A stretch of DNA of 64,000 bases from a phage, in assembly GCA_037431425.1 (NCBI GenBank), contig GCA_037431425.1_4129.2. One strand, written 5' to 3'. The translations under genes and the position numbers were made by a program. Of this stretch, positions 9,413-20,600 are shown in pieces; position 1 is the first letter of the stretch, and each line of letters starts with the position of its first letter. The notes beneath the pieces were generated by a model. The model saw only the letters and a list, made by a program, of their open reading frames with translations, was not told where the DNA came from and did not search any database.

Positions 9413-10756
9413 TTATTTGTCAGTGAAAGTTATTTTCCAATATCCTTGACGATAAACTGGCATAATACTTTTATGCCATTTAAATTTACCATTGTATCTA
9501 TAATAACCATTATCTTCGTTGTTATAAATGTAATTACGCACAGTTGATGGGTCAATTAATTCAGCACCGTCGTTGGTAATTTTAAACAAATAATTCGAAG
9601 GAATTTCAGTTTCTTTGTAAATGATGTTATGTATACTGTTATTTACATAATATTGTTCAGGTATTGCGTCAAAAAGAACTGAGCTTTTTTGGACAAATCC
9701 ATGAATAGTATAATCAACTGTATAGTTGCTACTATCAAGCTGAACGATAATTTTATTTGCATCTTCATCTTCACCATATGAAGAAATATAGCCTTTGAGT
9801 GGGTTATCTTCTTCGATTGATTGTTGAAATTTAATACCAACTTTTTTATCATCAAAATTGGGTTCCAAATATTTAAGATATTTTTCCCATGAGTAGATAC
9901 CACCATTAGGGGAAACATCGGACAATGACTGACTAACTAAAGTTAATTGATATGTATCTGGCAAATTATATAAAGAATTAGTTATCTCTTCAACTTTAAT
10001 ACATAAGTTTTTTGGTGTAAAGACATCGGTGATGATATCAGAATAGTCAGACATTTCAATGTCAAATTCATCACGTGCACCTTTAATATTAGTAGTGATT
10101 TGTTGAATCAATTTTGGTTTTTCAACAATAGCTGGTAAAGAAAACCATATTGTTGTTTCAAATGTCAATACCATAATGTCTAAATCTTGGTCAGTTCCTT
10201 GTGGAAACCCACGAGTAGAGAACTGACAATCAATCAACTCTACATCACTTAGTGATGTCCAATCCAACGGGTTTTCAGATAACTGAAGTTGAATACTCGG
10301 TGAAAATAAAGTTGAAATTTGCTCAAATAATTCCATCTTTGTTTGTATTTGAGTTACCCAGATATTCAAATCAAATGTAAATGTCCAAGGAACTGGGTTA
10401 TGTCTTACGATTTTATATTGTGAATCGAGTTCTTTTTTGTATTCATTAATGGCAGGTGATGTGTTTGTACCCATAACTAATGTTTCATTCGCATTAGAAC
10501 GTATACTTTTACGATCCAGCTTTAGTTGATTAACACTGATTGTCATAATTGGTGCAGATGGAAGAACATTTTCACTATTACCATTGATAATTGCAGCAGC
10601 CATTCTTGATATATCCGCATAACGACATGGAACCTTTTTATATTTTGGGTTCCCATCAGCATCAACACCATTTTGTACTTGAAATTCACCAAAAACTCTG
10701 ATAAGATGTTTCAGTACTCTGCGAAATTGGCCGTCATAATAATAATCTATTTTCAT
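9413..10756 (-). CDS. hypothetical protein in baseplate cluster
   Basis: 447-aa ORF; ATGA start/stop overlap with the upstream gene suggests translational coupling; no motif recognised. Confidence 0.55.
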   Translation of the reverse strand: MKIDYYYDGQFRRVLKHLIRVFGEFQVQNGVDADGNPKYKKVPCRYADISRMAAAIINGNSENVLPSAPIMTISVNQLKLDRKSIRSNANETLVMGTNTSPAINEYKKELDSQYKIVRHNPVPWTFTFDLNIWVTQIQTKMELFEQISTLFSPSIQLQLSENPLDWTSLSDVELIDCQFSTRGFPQGTDQDLDIMVLTFETTIWFSLPAIVEKPKLIQQITTNIKGARDEFDIEMSDYSDIITDVFTPKNLCIKVEEITNSLYNLPDTYQLTLVSQSLSDVSPNGGIYSWEKYLKYLEPNFDDKKVGIKFQQSIEEDNPLKGYISSYGEDEDANKIIVQLDSSNYTVDYTIHGFVQKSSVLFDAIPEQYYVNNSIHNIIYKETEIPSNYLFKITNDGAELIDPSTVRNYIYNNEDNGYYRYNGKFKWHKSIMPVYRQGYWKITFTDK

Positions 10757-12258
10757 TCTGTGTCCTTATGTATACGATAAGCTGTATTTGGTTTAACTGC
10801 GTCATGTAATGGAACTTTATTATCACTATTTACGAACTTAGTAAGTGCTAAATCTGCACCTTCCCACGGTTTTCTACCACCGTAATCAAAAATAACCCAT
10901 GAATTCTTAGTTGCATTGAATTCCCACAGTGTAACTGGTGTATAATCAGTACGGTAAAAGTAATCACCATCAACTGCATCAGTAGGGAACATGTTTCCTT
11001 CTGGAACTGTACCTCTTGCTGGTGGGATTTTAGGGCGATAATCCTGTTGTGCATCAATATTTCCATATACACAACTTGATGTGAATGGGTCATTGACGTA
11101 AGTTACTTTTGGTTCGCCCCATTTACCATCATTGTACTGAAAAATGTGTGGTTCTTTATAAAAAATACAAAAATCTTCAATATCTTTTGGTGGATTTTCA
11201 CTGGTCGTGTATTCAACATCACAATTTAACCATTTTTTAACACTTTTATCGTACTGGTATAGTGTATACCCAGTTACATCTACATCATTCTCTTTAAAGA
11301 AGAAATCACCATCCATAGGTTTCTTAGGAAAAACGGTTCCACGCTTGACTTCCAGTGAAATCCATGTATCATTATCGTATTCTTTAAGTATTGGGTATGT
11401 TTTTTTCAAAAAATACATACCACTTGCAGGTTCTTCGGGGAAATCATATCCATTAAGCATATACTTTGACAAATCAACAGTATCACGACGGTCATCATAC
11501 AAATGCTCGTTGGTATAATGAATATAAGGCACTTCATCATCAGCTTGCATAATGATACGATTCATAATATCCATTTCATTACTATAGTTACTGTTATCAG
11601 ATGTACCATCATCAGTGTTACCATTACCATTATTTGGATCATTTGGGTTATCAGGGTAATTGTTGTTTCCTAGTAAGTCGGAGTACTCAGGAGAGTCAGT
11701 CAATGGCTTTACTCGAAGTTTATAAATGTGATGTTGCCAAGTAACAGAGTAACCTTCTGCTGTACGAAACGCATCTTGGACCACATAGAAGCGATTCAGA
11801 CCAGAATCTTTACCAAGAACATCATAATCACGTAAATTTGGTAGTTCAATTACATCACCAGGCATGATTTTTCTACCCAATCGTTGCATCATGGTATTGT
11901 AGTGGATTGTAATGTCCATCGTATTGAAATTAAAGAACAAACCTGGAATTTTCAAGTCAGGTGTTGCTTCTTGAACTTGATAGACACAACTTAGTGTGAT
12001 TGCTTCAAGATTATAGTTTCTATTTGGGGTGTCTCCAAAAATTAAATCACCAATACTTGACACAACCGATCCAGAAGATGTATAATCACCGCCATATGAT
12101 AAGTCTTTGTTATCTGCAACTTGTTTTGGGCCGACATAAGCGTAAAGCCACATGTCAACACCACCAATGTTGTATTGTTCAGCAATGGCAGAGTCAATGA
12201 ACTTGTAATCATTGGTTCTACCTTTTTTCCACATTCTATATGTCATATTTGTCTCCAA
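10753..12258 (-). CDS. hypothetical protein in baseplate cluster
   Basis: 501-aa ORF; Asn/Asp/Tyr-rich; co-oriented with baseplate genes. Confidence 0.55.
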   Translation of the reverse strand: METNMTYRMWKKGRTNDYKFIDSAIAEQYNIGGVDMWLYAYVGPKQVADNKDLSYGGDYTSSGSVVSSIGDLIFGDTPNRNYNLEAITLSCVYQVQEATPDLKIPGLFFNFNTMDITIHYNTMMQRLGRKIMPGDVIELPNLRDYDVLGKDSGLNRFYVVQDAFRTAEGYSVTWQHHIYKLRVKPLTDSPEYSDLLGNNNYPDNPNDPNNGNGNTDDGTSDNSNYSNEMDIMNRIIMQADDEVPYIHYTNEHLYDDRRDTVDLSKYMLNGYDFPEEPASGMYFLKKTYPILKEYDNDTWISLEVKRGTVFPKKPMDGDFFFKENDVDVTGYTLYQYDKSVKKWLNCDVEYTTSENPPKDIEDFCIFYKEPHIFQYNDGKWGEPKVTYVNDPFTSSCVYGNIDAQQDYRPKIPPARGTVPEGNMFPTDAVDGDYFYRTDYTPVTLWEFNATKNSWVIFDYGGRKPWEGADLALTKFVNSDNKVPLHDAVKPNTAYRIHKDTE

Positions 12259-12288
12259 AATAATTCGGGTATATCTTTATTTACCATG

Positions 12289-12316
12289 TAGACAAACCAT
12301 AAGAATGTGATATAAT
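12289..12316 (+). promoter_or_regulatory. sigma70-type promoter for ClpA-like gene (TAGACA-16-TGaTATAAT)
   Basis: -10 TATAAT at 12311-12316 with extended TG at 12308-12309; -35-like TAGACA at 12289-12294; AGGAG SD 6 nt before ATG 12355. Confidence 0.45.
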
Positions 12317-12354
12317 GTTTGTTAATTAGAGTGACGTGAATCACAGGAGAATAC

Positions 12355-14643
12355 ATGAATCTTACTCAATTGTTCAAAAAAAGCGACGAACTAGCAACAT
12401 CCCTAGGTCATACTTTCTTGACTATTGACCATGTGAGTGCTACAGTACTGACTATTGATAGTATCAAGGGCGTGTTCGAAGAAATGAACATCGATGCTGA
12501 CAAGTTGCATAGTCGCCTGATGAACTATCTTAAAAATACAACGGTTCCAAGTGCACCAAAAAGCACACTCGATGAAGATGCCAACCGCACTTCACTTCTG
12601 GTGAACCGTGTTGTACATGAGCTTTCGAAAAAATCAGTCATTGAACAACTAAAAAGTGATGATTTTTCGATTGATGCATATTTTGTTCTATTTGAATGTT
12701 TATCATTCCCAAACACTGCACTTGAAGCTGCTTTGAAAGAAGAAGGTGTTAGCTGTACCGAAGCTGCTCGTGCACTACAGAAACACGTTGAGGCACTGGA
12801 AAAGGGTATCAACCTTCAAAGTATCAATGACGAACCTACTGGAGATAAAAAAGTGGCTCAACCACAGCAATCATCTAAACAAAAAGGTTTAGCAGACTAT
12901 ACAACAAACCTAACGGCCCTTGCAAAAGAAGGCAAACTAGACCCAATGATTGGTCGCCAAAAAGAGCTATCTACATTGATTGAGACTCTTGCTCGCAAAA
13001 CCAAAAAGAATGCCATCCTGACTGGTGAAGCTGGTGTTGGTAAAACACAAATCATCGACGGTCTTGCACAAGCAATTGCTGATGGTAATGTACCAGAGCA
13101 CTTAAAAGATGTTGAAATTCTTTCCCTAAATGTTGGTGCGTTGACTGCTGGGACTAAGTATCGTGGCGAATTTGAGGAACGTATCGATAATTTACTAAAA
13201 GAACTAAAGAAACGTGAAAACACAATTGTTTTCATTGATGAAATCCATATTATGGTCGGGGCAGGTTCTGCAAGCAACGGTTCAATGGACATGAGCAATA
13301 TGCTTAAACCAGCACTATCACGTGGTGAGATTCGTGTAATTGGTGCAACAACATACGAAGAATATCGTAAAAACATCGAGAAAGATAGTGCATTGACTCG
13401 TCGTTTTATGAAAATTGATGTTGTTGAACCGTCAATCGATGAAACTCGTGAAATTGTGAACGGTCTTAAATCAACTTATGAAAAATTCCATAACGTTGAG
13501 TTTACAAAAGATGCAATGGATGCAGTAATTTCTCTCAGTGAGAAGTTCTTGAAAAATAAACACTTCCCAGATAAAGCAATTGACCTAATGGATGCTGCTG
13601 CTGCGAAAGTGCGTTCACGTGATAATAATAGTAAGCTAATTACAGAGAATTTGATTCAAGAAGTTGTTGCTGGTATTGCTAACTTGGATATCAACGTGGT
13701 TGCATGTACAGAAAGTGAACGTATGCGTAATCTACCAGATGCACTACGTTCACGTGTTTACGGACAAGAAGAAGCGATTCAAAAATTGGTTGATAATGTA
13801 ATGGTTGCTCGTGCTGGTCTACGTGATAAGTCGAGTGTTCAAGGTGCTTTTATGTTTGTTGGTCCGTCAGGTACTGGCAAAACAGAAATTACAAAAGCAT
13901 TAGCTGAAGCAACGGGTTCAGAGCTTGTTCGTTTTGATATGTCTGAGTTTTCGCAAGAACATACTGTTTCAAAACTAATTGGTTCCCCTCCAGGTTATGT
14001 TGGTCACGATTCTGGTAATGGTTTGCTATTGGATAAGATTGAGCAGTTTCCTAATGCCATTCTACTACTCGATGAAATCGAGAAAGCAGATCGTAAAGTA
14101 CTACTAACCTTCCTACAGGTTCTGGACGAAGGACGTTTGACTGGATCACAAGGTAAAACTGTTTACTTCAATAACGTAACTGTTATTATGACAACCAACC
14201 TTGGTGCGGCTGATTCAACAAAGCGTAGTATTGGGATGAGTGGTAGTGAAAGTGCACAAGACAAGGCAATTAAAGCATTCTTACCACCAGAATTCATTAA
14301 CCGTATTGACAGTATTGTTACGTTTAATGAACTAAGTAGTGAAGCTATTGACAGTATCATTGATAAATTCATGGGAAGTTTGAATGAACAAGTTAAACAT
14401 CGCAACGTAAAAGTTTCACTAACGAAAGCTGCACGTGGATGGCTTGCAAAAAATGGTGTTCAGGTAGGTATGGGTGCACGACCAATGAAACGTACAATTG
14501 AACAAAACATTCGCGTACCACTAGCGAAGGAAATGTTGTGTGGTTCACTGGTAAATGGTGGTAACATTACATTTGATGTTATCAATGACAAACTTGGTAT
14601 TAAACCAAAACGTACTAAAGCAGTTGAAAAAACACTAGCTTAA
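12355..14643 (+). CDS. clpA: ClpA-like double-AAA+ ATPase/unfoldase (Clp N-domain + D1 + D2)
   Basis: D1 Walker A GEAGVGKTQ and Walker B IVFIDEIH; D2 Walker A GPSGTGKTE and Walker B ILLLDEIE; SIGM loop at the position of the ClpA IGL ClpP-docking tripeptide; 762 aa with no long coiled-coil middle domain, so ClpA-like rather than ClpB-like. Confidence 0.85.
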   Translation: MNLTQLFKKSDELATSLGHTFLTIDHVSATVLTIDSIKGVFEEMNIDADKLHSRLMNYLKNTTVPSAPKSTLDEDANRTSLLVNRVVHELSKKSVIEQLKSDDFSIDAYFVLFECLSFPNTALEAALKEEGVSCTEAARALQKHVEALEKGINLQSINDEPTGDKKVAQPQQSSKQKGLADYTTNLTALAKEGKLDPMIGRQKELSTLIETLARKTKKNAILTGEAGVGKTQIIDGLAQAIADGNVPEHLKDVEILSLNVGALTAGTKYRGEFEERIDNLLKELKKRENTIVFIDEIHIMVGAGSASNGSMDMSNMLKPALSRGEIRVIGATTYEEYRKNIEKDSALTRRFMKIDVVEPSIDETREIVNGLKSTYEKFHNVEFTKDAMDAVISLSEKFLKNKHFPDKAIDLMDAAAAKVRSRDNNSKLITENLIQEVVAGIANLDINVVACTESERMRNLPDALRSRVYGQEEAIQKLVDNVMVARAGLRDKSSVQGAFMFVGPSGTGKTEITKALAEATGSELVRFDMSEFSQEHTVSKLIGSPPGYVGHDSGNGLLLDKIEQFPNAILLLDEIEKADRKVLLTFLQVLDEGRLTGSQGKTVYFNNVTVIMTTNLGAADSTKRSIGMSGSESAQDKAIKAFLPPEFINRIDSIVTFNELSSEAIDSIIDKFMGSLNEQVKHRNVKVSLTKAARGWLAKNGVQVGMGARPMKRTIEQNIRVPLAKEMLCGSLVNGGNITFDVINDKLGIKPKRTKAVEKTLA

Positions 14644-14651
14644 AAAACAAA

Positions 14652-14677
14652 AGGAGAGCATTTTGCTCTCCTTTTTA
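14652..14677. terminator. bidirectional intrinsic terminator
   Basis: GGAGAGC-atttt-GCTCTCC stem with A-run upstream and T-run downstream, between convergent ClpA-like (+) and giant (-) genes. Confidence 0.7.
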
Positions 14678-17600
14678 TTACTTAACTATTAATATTTTTT
14701 GAATATCATTACCACGAACTCGTAGACTGTTAGTATACACAGAAAGGTCTATTGTATAACTATTTTGAGTATAACGTTTAAACTTATCATAACCGCCCAA
14801 ATTAATTCCGTTGAAAGAATATGTAGTATCATGTTTGAAATCGTGTTCTGCACTGTACATTACTCCACGGAGTAAGTTGTTTGTATTTCTAACTTCAACT
14901 TTTTCATATCCAATCGATATAATGTCACTCTTGTTAGCAGCGGAGCCTGATAACACATTATTTCTAACATTATAATGGCTTACGGAAAGAGGTTGTGCTA
15001 CATAAGTTGTGTTTTCTTCACTAATGGTTGTTATGTTAGTGATGGTAGCGTCAGCCACATCAATATACATACTATCAACCATTGGATATTCATACACCCA
15101 CACACCTTCATTATTTTTTGTCGGTTTGATATCTTTCGCATCATATTCAATCACGTTAATTTCTAAACAATCCGGCATTTTAGTTCTTACTAATTCACTA
15201 AGAACACCTTCCCCTGTAATTGGTAGATTATAACCGTTGTCTATAGTAATACCATCATCATTAAATATTTCATTTGATACAACCCAAACATCAACATCAT
15301 CAGGTGTTACTCCGTCATTATACTTACCACCATTTAAAGTAGTATCATAAAAAACGTCATAATTAATCACATCAATGGTGTAATTTCTGTTTTGCTCATA
15401 TAATTTAATATCACCCTTGGTAAATTCTGGGTCAGCAAATGTTCTAACACGAACAATGTTCAATGCAAGATGTTGTACTGGCTGATTCAGTTGTCCAAGT
15501 GTGATGTTATCATATCGAAGAACATTACCAGAACTATCAACCAACTCAATTGTTTCTTTTCCTGTAGTTCTTACAGTGAATAGAATAGGAGTTGTATTAT
15601 GTTTGATATTAGACACACGTAATATGGTTTCCCATGTACGATTTTGATATCGAATAAAATCTTCACCATCCGGCGTGAAAATCATCACCTTATCACCATC
15701 AGATAAGTCACTGTCAACGATTTCAGCCTCAGTTAAGCTATTAATAGAACGTACACGATAGAAATATTTTTCTTCAAACGGTGATGCCGTTTTATTAATA
15801 TCATGTTCAATCTTAGCATATGAAGGAATACTAACAATTGCTTCTGTATGTTTATATGGGTTGATAATTGCCATACCCTCGGTTTTATATCTGCTATTAT
15901 TACGCAATTGCACTAGTGATTCAGTATCAAATCCATAACCATCAACAGTGAATCTAATATGCCCAACTGCACGACTAGCTGGATTTATTTCAGATATATC
16001 GATAATATAAGGATCAACTTCGTCATCTTTAACTTCCCATTTGATAGCTGAAGTTTGTGATTCTAATGCAAGGTTGTCAAATGCATTCATATCATTGAAG
16101 AACTTAGCTTCAGCAATACTATCAATTATATATTGATAATCCGAATACATAGGGTTATTTTGATCTTGTGGTAAATCATCTAGATTTATTTCAGCAAGTT
16201 TAATCATTTCACCATTAGTAATGAAATAATCTTCCATGAAATCATCAATACTTTTATCATCTGGTATACTTTGGTATTCACCATTGATATTTAAGTAGAC
16301 ATGTTTTCTTGGCATCATAGTAATAGCATAGATATCAATAGGTGTTTTTGAAAGAATTTCTTCTGCTTTTTCATACATATCAGTAGAGTCTTTATCAAAC
16401 AACCCTCTCATGGCTGCCAGTACATGGACCGCATCGGAATAGAAACGTGTATCACCACCAATTTCATCATAACGATAAACATATACACCGTATTCAACTT
16501 CAAGTTTCACTTTAATATCATGTTCAGATGCATCTGGATATTTTTCTGTAATAAAAGAAATATATTTTTCATATAATTCTTTACTTATTTCAAAATATCC
16601 ATAGTTATAATCATTACTTGAAGAAAAACCTAATGGTAGTCTAGTACTTGGGTTATCATTATAAACCAAACCACTAAATCCACAGCCAACCTCATCATGA
16701 ATCTTATCATCACTGATATCTTTATAAAGTTTCAAACGGTTTGCTAATGTATTGTACTGAACATAGTGTCGAAGGTCAGTAAACATTTCATTATGCGTTG
16801 ATTCGTTATAAATGCGTTCAAGTGTAGCAGTAAATTCATCAGTTGCTTCTAAATCATCAGCATGTTCTTTATACCACTGGTTTACACCATTTGCAGTTCC
16901 TAGTGTTACATCTAATTCTGGATAGTACGTTTGTAATAGATACGCATTAACCAAGTCAAATGATTGTTCATTATACACAGGGTAAGAATATATATAACGT
17001 TGTAATTCATAGGTATTAACAGAATCTTTTTCATTTGATTGATACTTATTATTAACACTAATCAACTCATTAATGTTTGCCAAATCTTTATTCGGTTTAC
17101 ATTGAATATTATCATAATGCATAATAATATCAATTTCTTGAAATCTTCTATTTGGTGCAATAAAATCACTAGGCAGAGAACCTACTTTCTCCCATTTTTT
17201 AGTGGTTTCATTATATTGAGCGTACTCATAATCCCAAATATCCTTTTCAGTTTTAACCCACGAACCATCAACAAAAATATACCCATTAGGATCTAAATCA
17301 TTACAAAGACCTTTGATTAAGTCATCATCAGACGTTTTTTGTTCTATCTGTGAACGGATTTTTGTACGATATGGTTTCACCTCTTCAAAGTACTCAACAA
17401 TTTGGTTAATCAAATTATCATTTGAATAGTTTTGTACCAAAGATTGTTCCAAACCAACAATATAGATATAGGATGTTTTAAATACCCAATCAACAACACC
17501 CTGTTCTACGTGTACATATTTGACCATATCAAAAACAATTTCACTTTGGTGTAAATCGAAAGAATTTTTTAGCAAAGCAAGTGCTTTTCTAATATTAATT

Positions 17601-20600
17601 TCACGATTACTAAGTGAACCGTCCTCATTATGAACATTATAATCTACATAAAACAAATCGTTAAGCTCAATAGTACTACGTTGTCGCCCAATAGCTTTCC
17701 AATAAATTGAATCACGTGATTGAGATTTGATATATAAAGTCCAAATGTTTTCACTATCTGTGACTCTAATTATATCACCAACTTGATAGTTTTTAGCATT
17801 TGCTTCTTCTAAACTTATCTCTTGGATGTAAGCAGTTTTGCTATCATACCCAACATCATACCAATCTGCATAAGACCAGTATTGAGTCATATCTAATGAT
17901 GTTCCGAGTGATTCAACATAATCCGATTGCTTAATCATTTTATGTTGTCCTTCACCTTTATTTTCTAAAGTTATAGTAACAACACTACCTGCATTAGCTG
18001 GACTATTCATTAACTGAATATATCCGTTTTCATCGAAGTGAATAAAATAAACAGCACTAGTTGATAATGGAGTCGGTAGATAACCGCTAGAACTTAAAAT
18101 AACAGCGTCATTTTCTTTAAATTTATCCTTTTCAACTGCAATTACAAGTTCATTATTATAAGTTAATACACGGAACGAAACCTCATTAGGGTTAACTTCT
18201 GTAGTTTTAACATTAAACACATCTTCCATAACAACACTATTAGTAGTTATGTTTTGTGATCTATAATAATTATTTGCACTTTCTACAAAGTTTCTACGTG
18301 CCTCTATTATATTCTGGAACCAAGTTTTATTAGAGCCTAAACCAGTGCCAACTTCTGGATATAATAAATCTACAACCTTACCTGACTTCGTAGTTTCTTG
18401 ACCAATTAGAGAGTTCCACATAGAGTCCCAAATTAGTGGGTTAAAATTGTAACTTTCACCCTCTTTACAAAGTTGATATTGATCATGTTTAACAACTTCT
18501 GTATTGTCCATATAGTAAGAAATAGTCAAAACACTAGTATCATCATTAACTTCAAACTGCATATTACTAAGAATAAAAGAGTTTTCATTAATTGGTGCGA
18601 ACCAAGGAATGTTCAACTGTGATGGATCTTTAATAATACGTGCAATGTCAGTACATGATTTTGTTCTGGTATGAATAGGTGGTACATAAATTGTATCACG
18701 TACCCAGAAATAGTATTTTGTTACATAACTGTCAGTGGAGCTATCATATTCCAAAAATGTACTATAATTATCTTCAAGTGCTGTTCCACTTGGAAGATAC
18801 ATATTATTATTTTTGTTTTTCTTAGCAACATCTTTACAGTACTTATCCCAGTTATATGGTTCTACTGGTGAACAAACCCATTCCAACACATCAATAGTAC
18901 TATGTGGCAACAAACGACCCCAGTTGTAACGTTTATATTCATTGGTTGCGTCAATATCAACATTTCCATCTGCATCATAAATGGCACGAGTATAATCCAA
19001 ATAAAAAGCGGTGCTAGTGTTCCACCATACTTGACCAACTTTTTCAGCACCCCACGCCTGAACCAATTCGCCATTACTATTATATTGAGCAGGGTCGATT
19101 GGTGAAGTATATGTTACGTTTTGCATTGCTGCACCAGGAATAACACCATTAATTGGGTCATAAACATTTAGATATAATGCAGTAATGTTTGTACGTTCAT
19201 CATATGTAGTTGGACGTTCAAACAAAGTACTTTGTGGTGCTTTAAAACTATATTTTTTATCAATATATGCTTGACGCTCTTCAGTACTCACAAAACGCGA
19301 AACATAACGATACAAACGAGGGCGTGTATCTGGGTCAGTAAATTCGATATTAATTGAAGTATCAAATGGAACCACCATAACTTTGGAATCATCCCCAGCA
19401 GTATAATATTGACTTTCTACTGTTAAAGTATCTGGCATAAAGTTAGTTTCGTCCACAAAATAATAGTAATCACCATCTTCAAGAGGGATATCATCAGATA
19501 GAGTTACTTTACAGAATTTCTCAGCGTAAACATCTGTGGTTTCGATTGGTGTAATAGAAACCATTTTAACATTAGTGTCAATTAATTCAAAAATGTTCCA
19601 TAACCCATTTCCATCTTTGAACATCCATACTGATTCAGGATTTTCACCTTTACCATTGATATACAACATACGGTCATTGAATGCAGTACTGAAATCTTTC
19701 GTAGTATAAGATACTTCATCTAATGTAACTGGACCAATATCAGGCAGTTGGATGTGTTCACTTCTACCACTACGCATTGGGAAAGAGAATTTACCATTTG
19801 GACGAGTAATCCATTGTGGGTCTTTTCCTTGTTCACCAAAGAATACAATATTGTTTCCATTGCCATTTGATGTTGCATTTTCATCAAAAGACATCATTTG
19901 TGGCTGCTGCTTAAATTGGTCATTAATCAATTTAAATTGAAGGTTTTTCTTTCCATCGATGTTACCATATGTACCAACTTTAAACGCCCATTCTTGTAAT
20001 GCTTTATATTCATCAGTATCATAGGATTTAGAAACACGAAGAACACGTTCTAAAACTTGGTTTGTACCTTTGTCATGAATAAATCCTTTATAGAAATCAA
20101 CACGACTTACATCACTACTAATCATACGTTGTAGATAATCACGAGATTGATAACCAATCAAATGGCTAGACAATTCTTGTAATTGTACATCGCTAACGGG
20201 ATGTTCATTGTCATAGTAATGTTGAAAATCTGTTACTAGAGTTTCAAATGATGGTATTGTACCAGATTCCAAAATAATAAAACCAGGTGCTTGTAATCTA
20301 CCAGTCCATGAACCAGTAATGTACCCATACATTTTAATTAGTTCCTGGATAGAACCATAAGTTGGTTGATAGATATAATCACCAAAAATAGTCTTATCAT
20401 CAAATATAACAGCATGTTCATATGAACACAAACTTAAACGGATTAATGCAATACGCTTATTAGAATCGGTTGTTCTAACAGTGAATATATTACCAATACG
20501 TGAAGTTTCGATTTCATATTGACGAATACCTTGGTTATTATCATCAAGCAATGACCACACACCACCATTATTTTGTGTAATAGACTGTACTGAACCAAAA

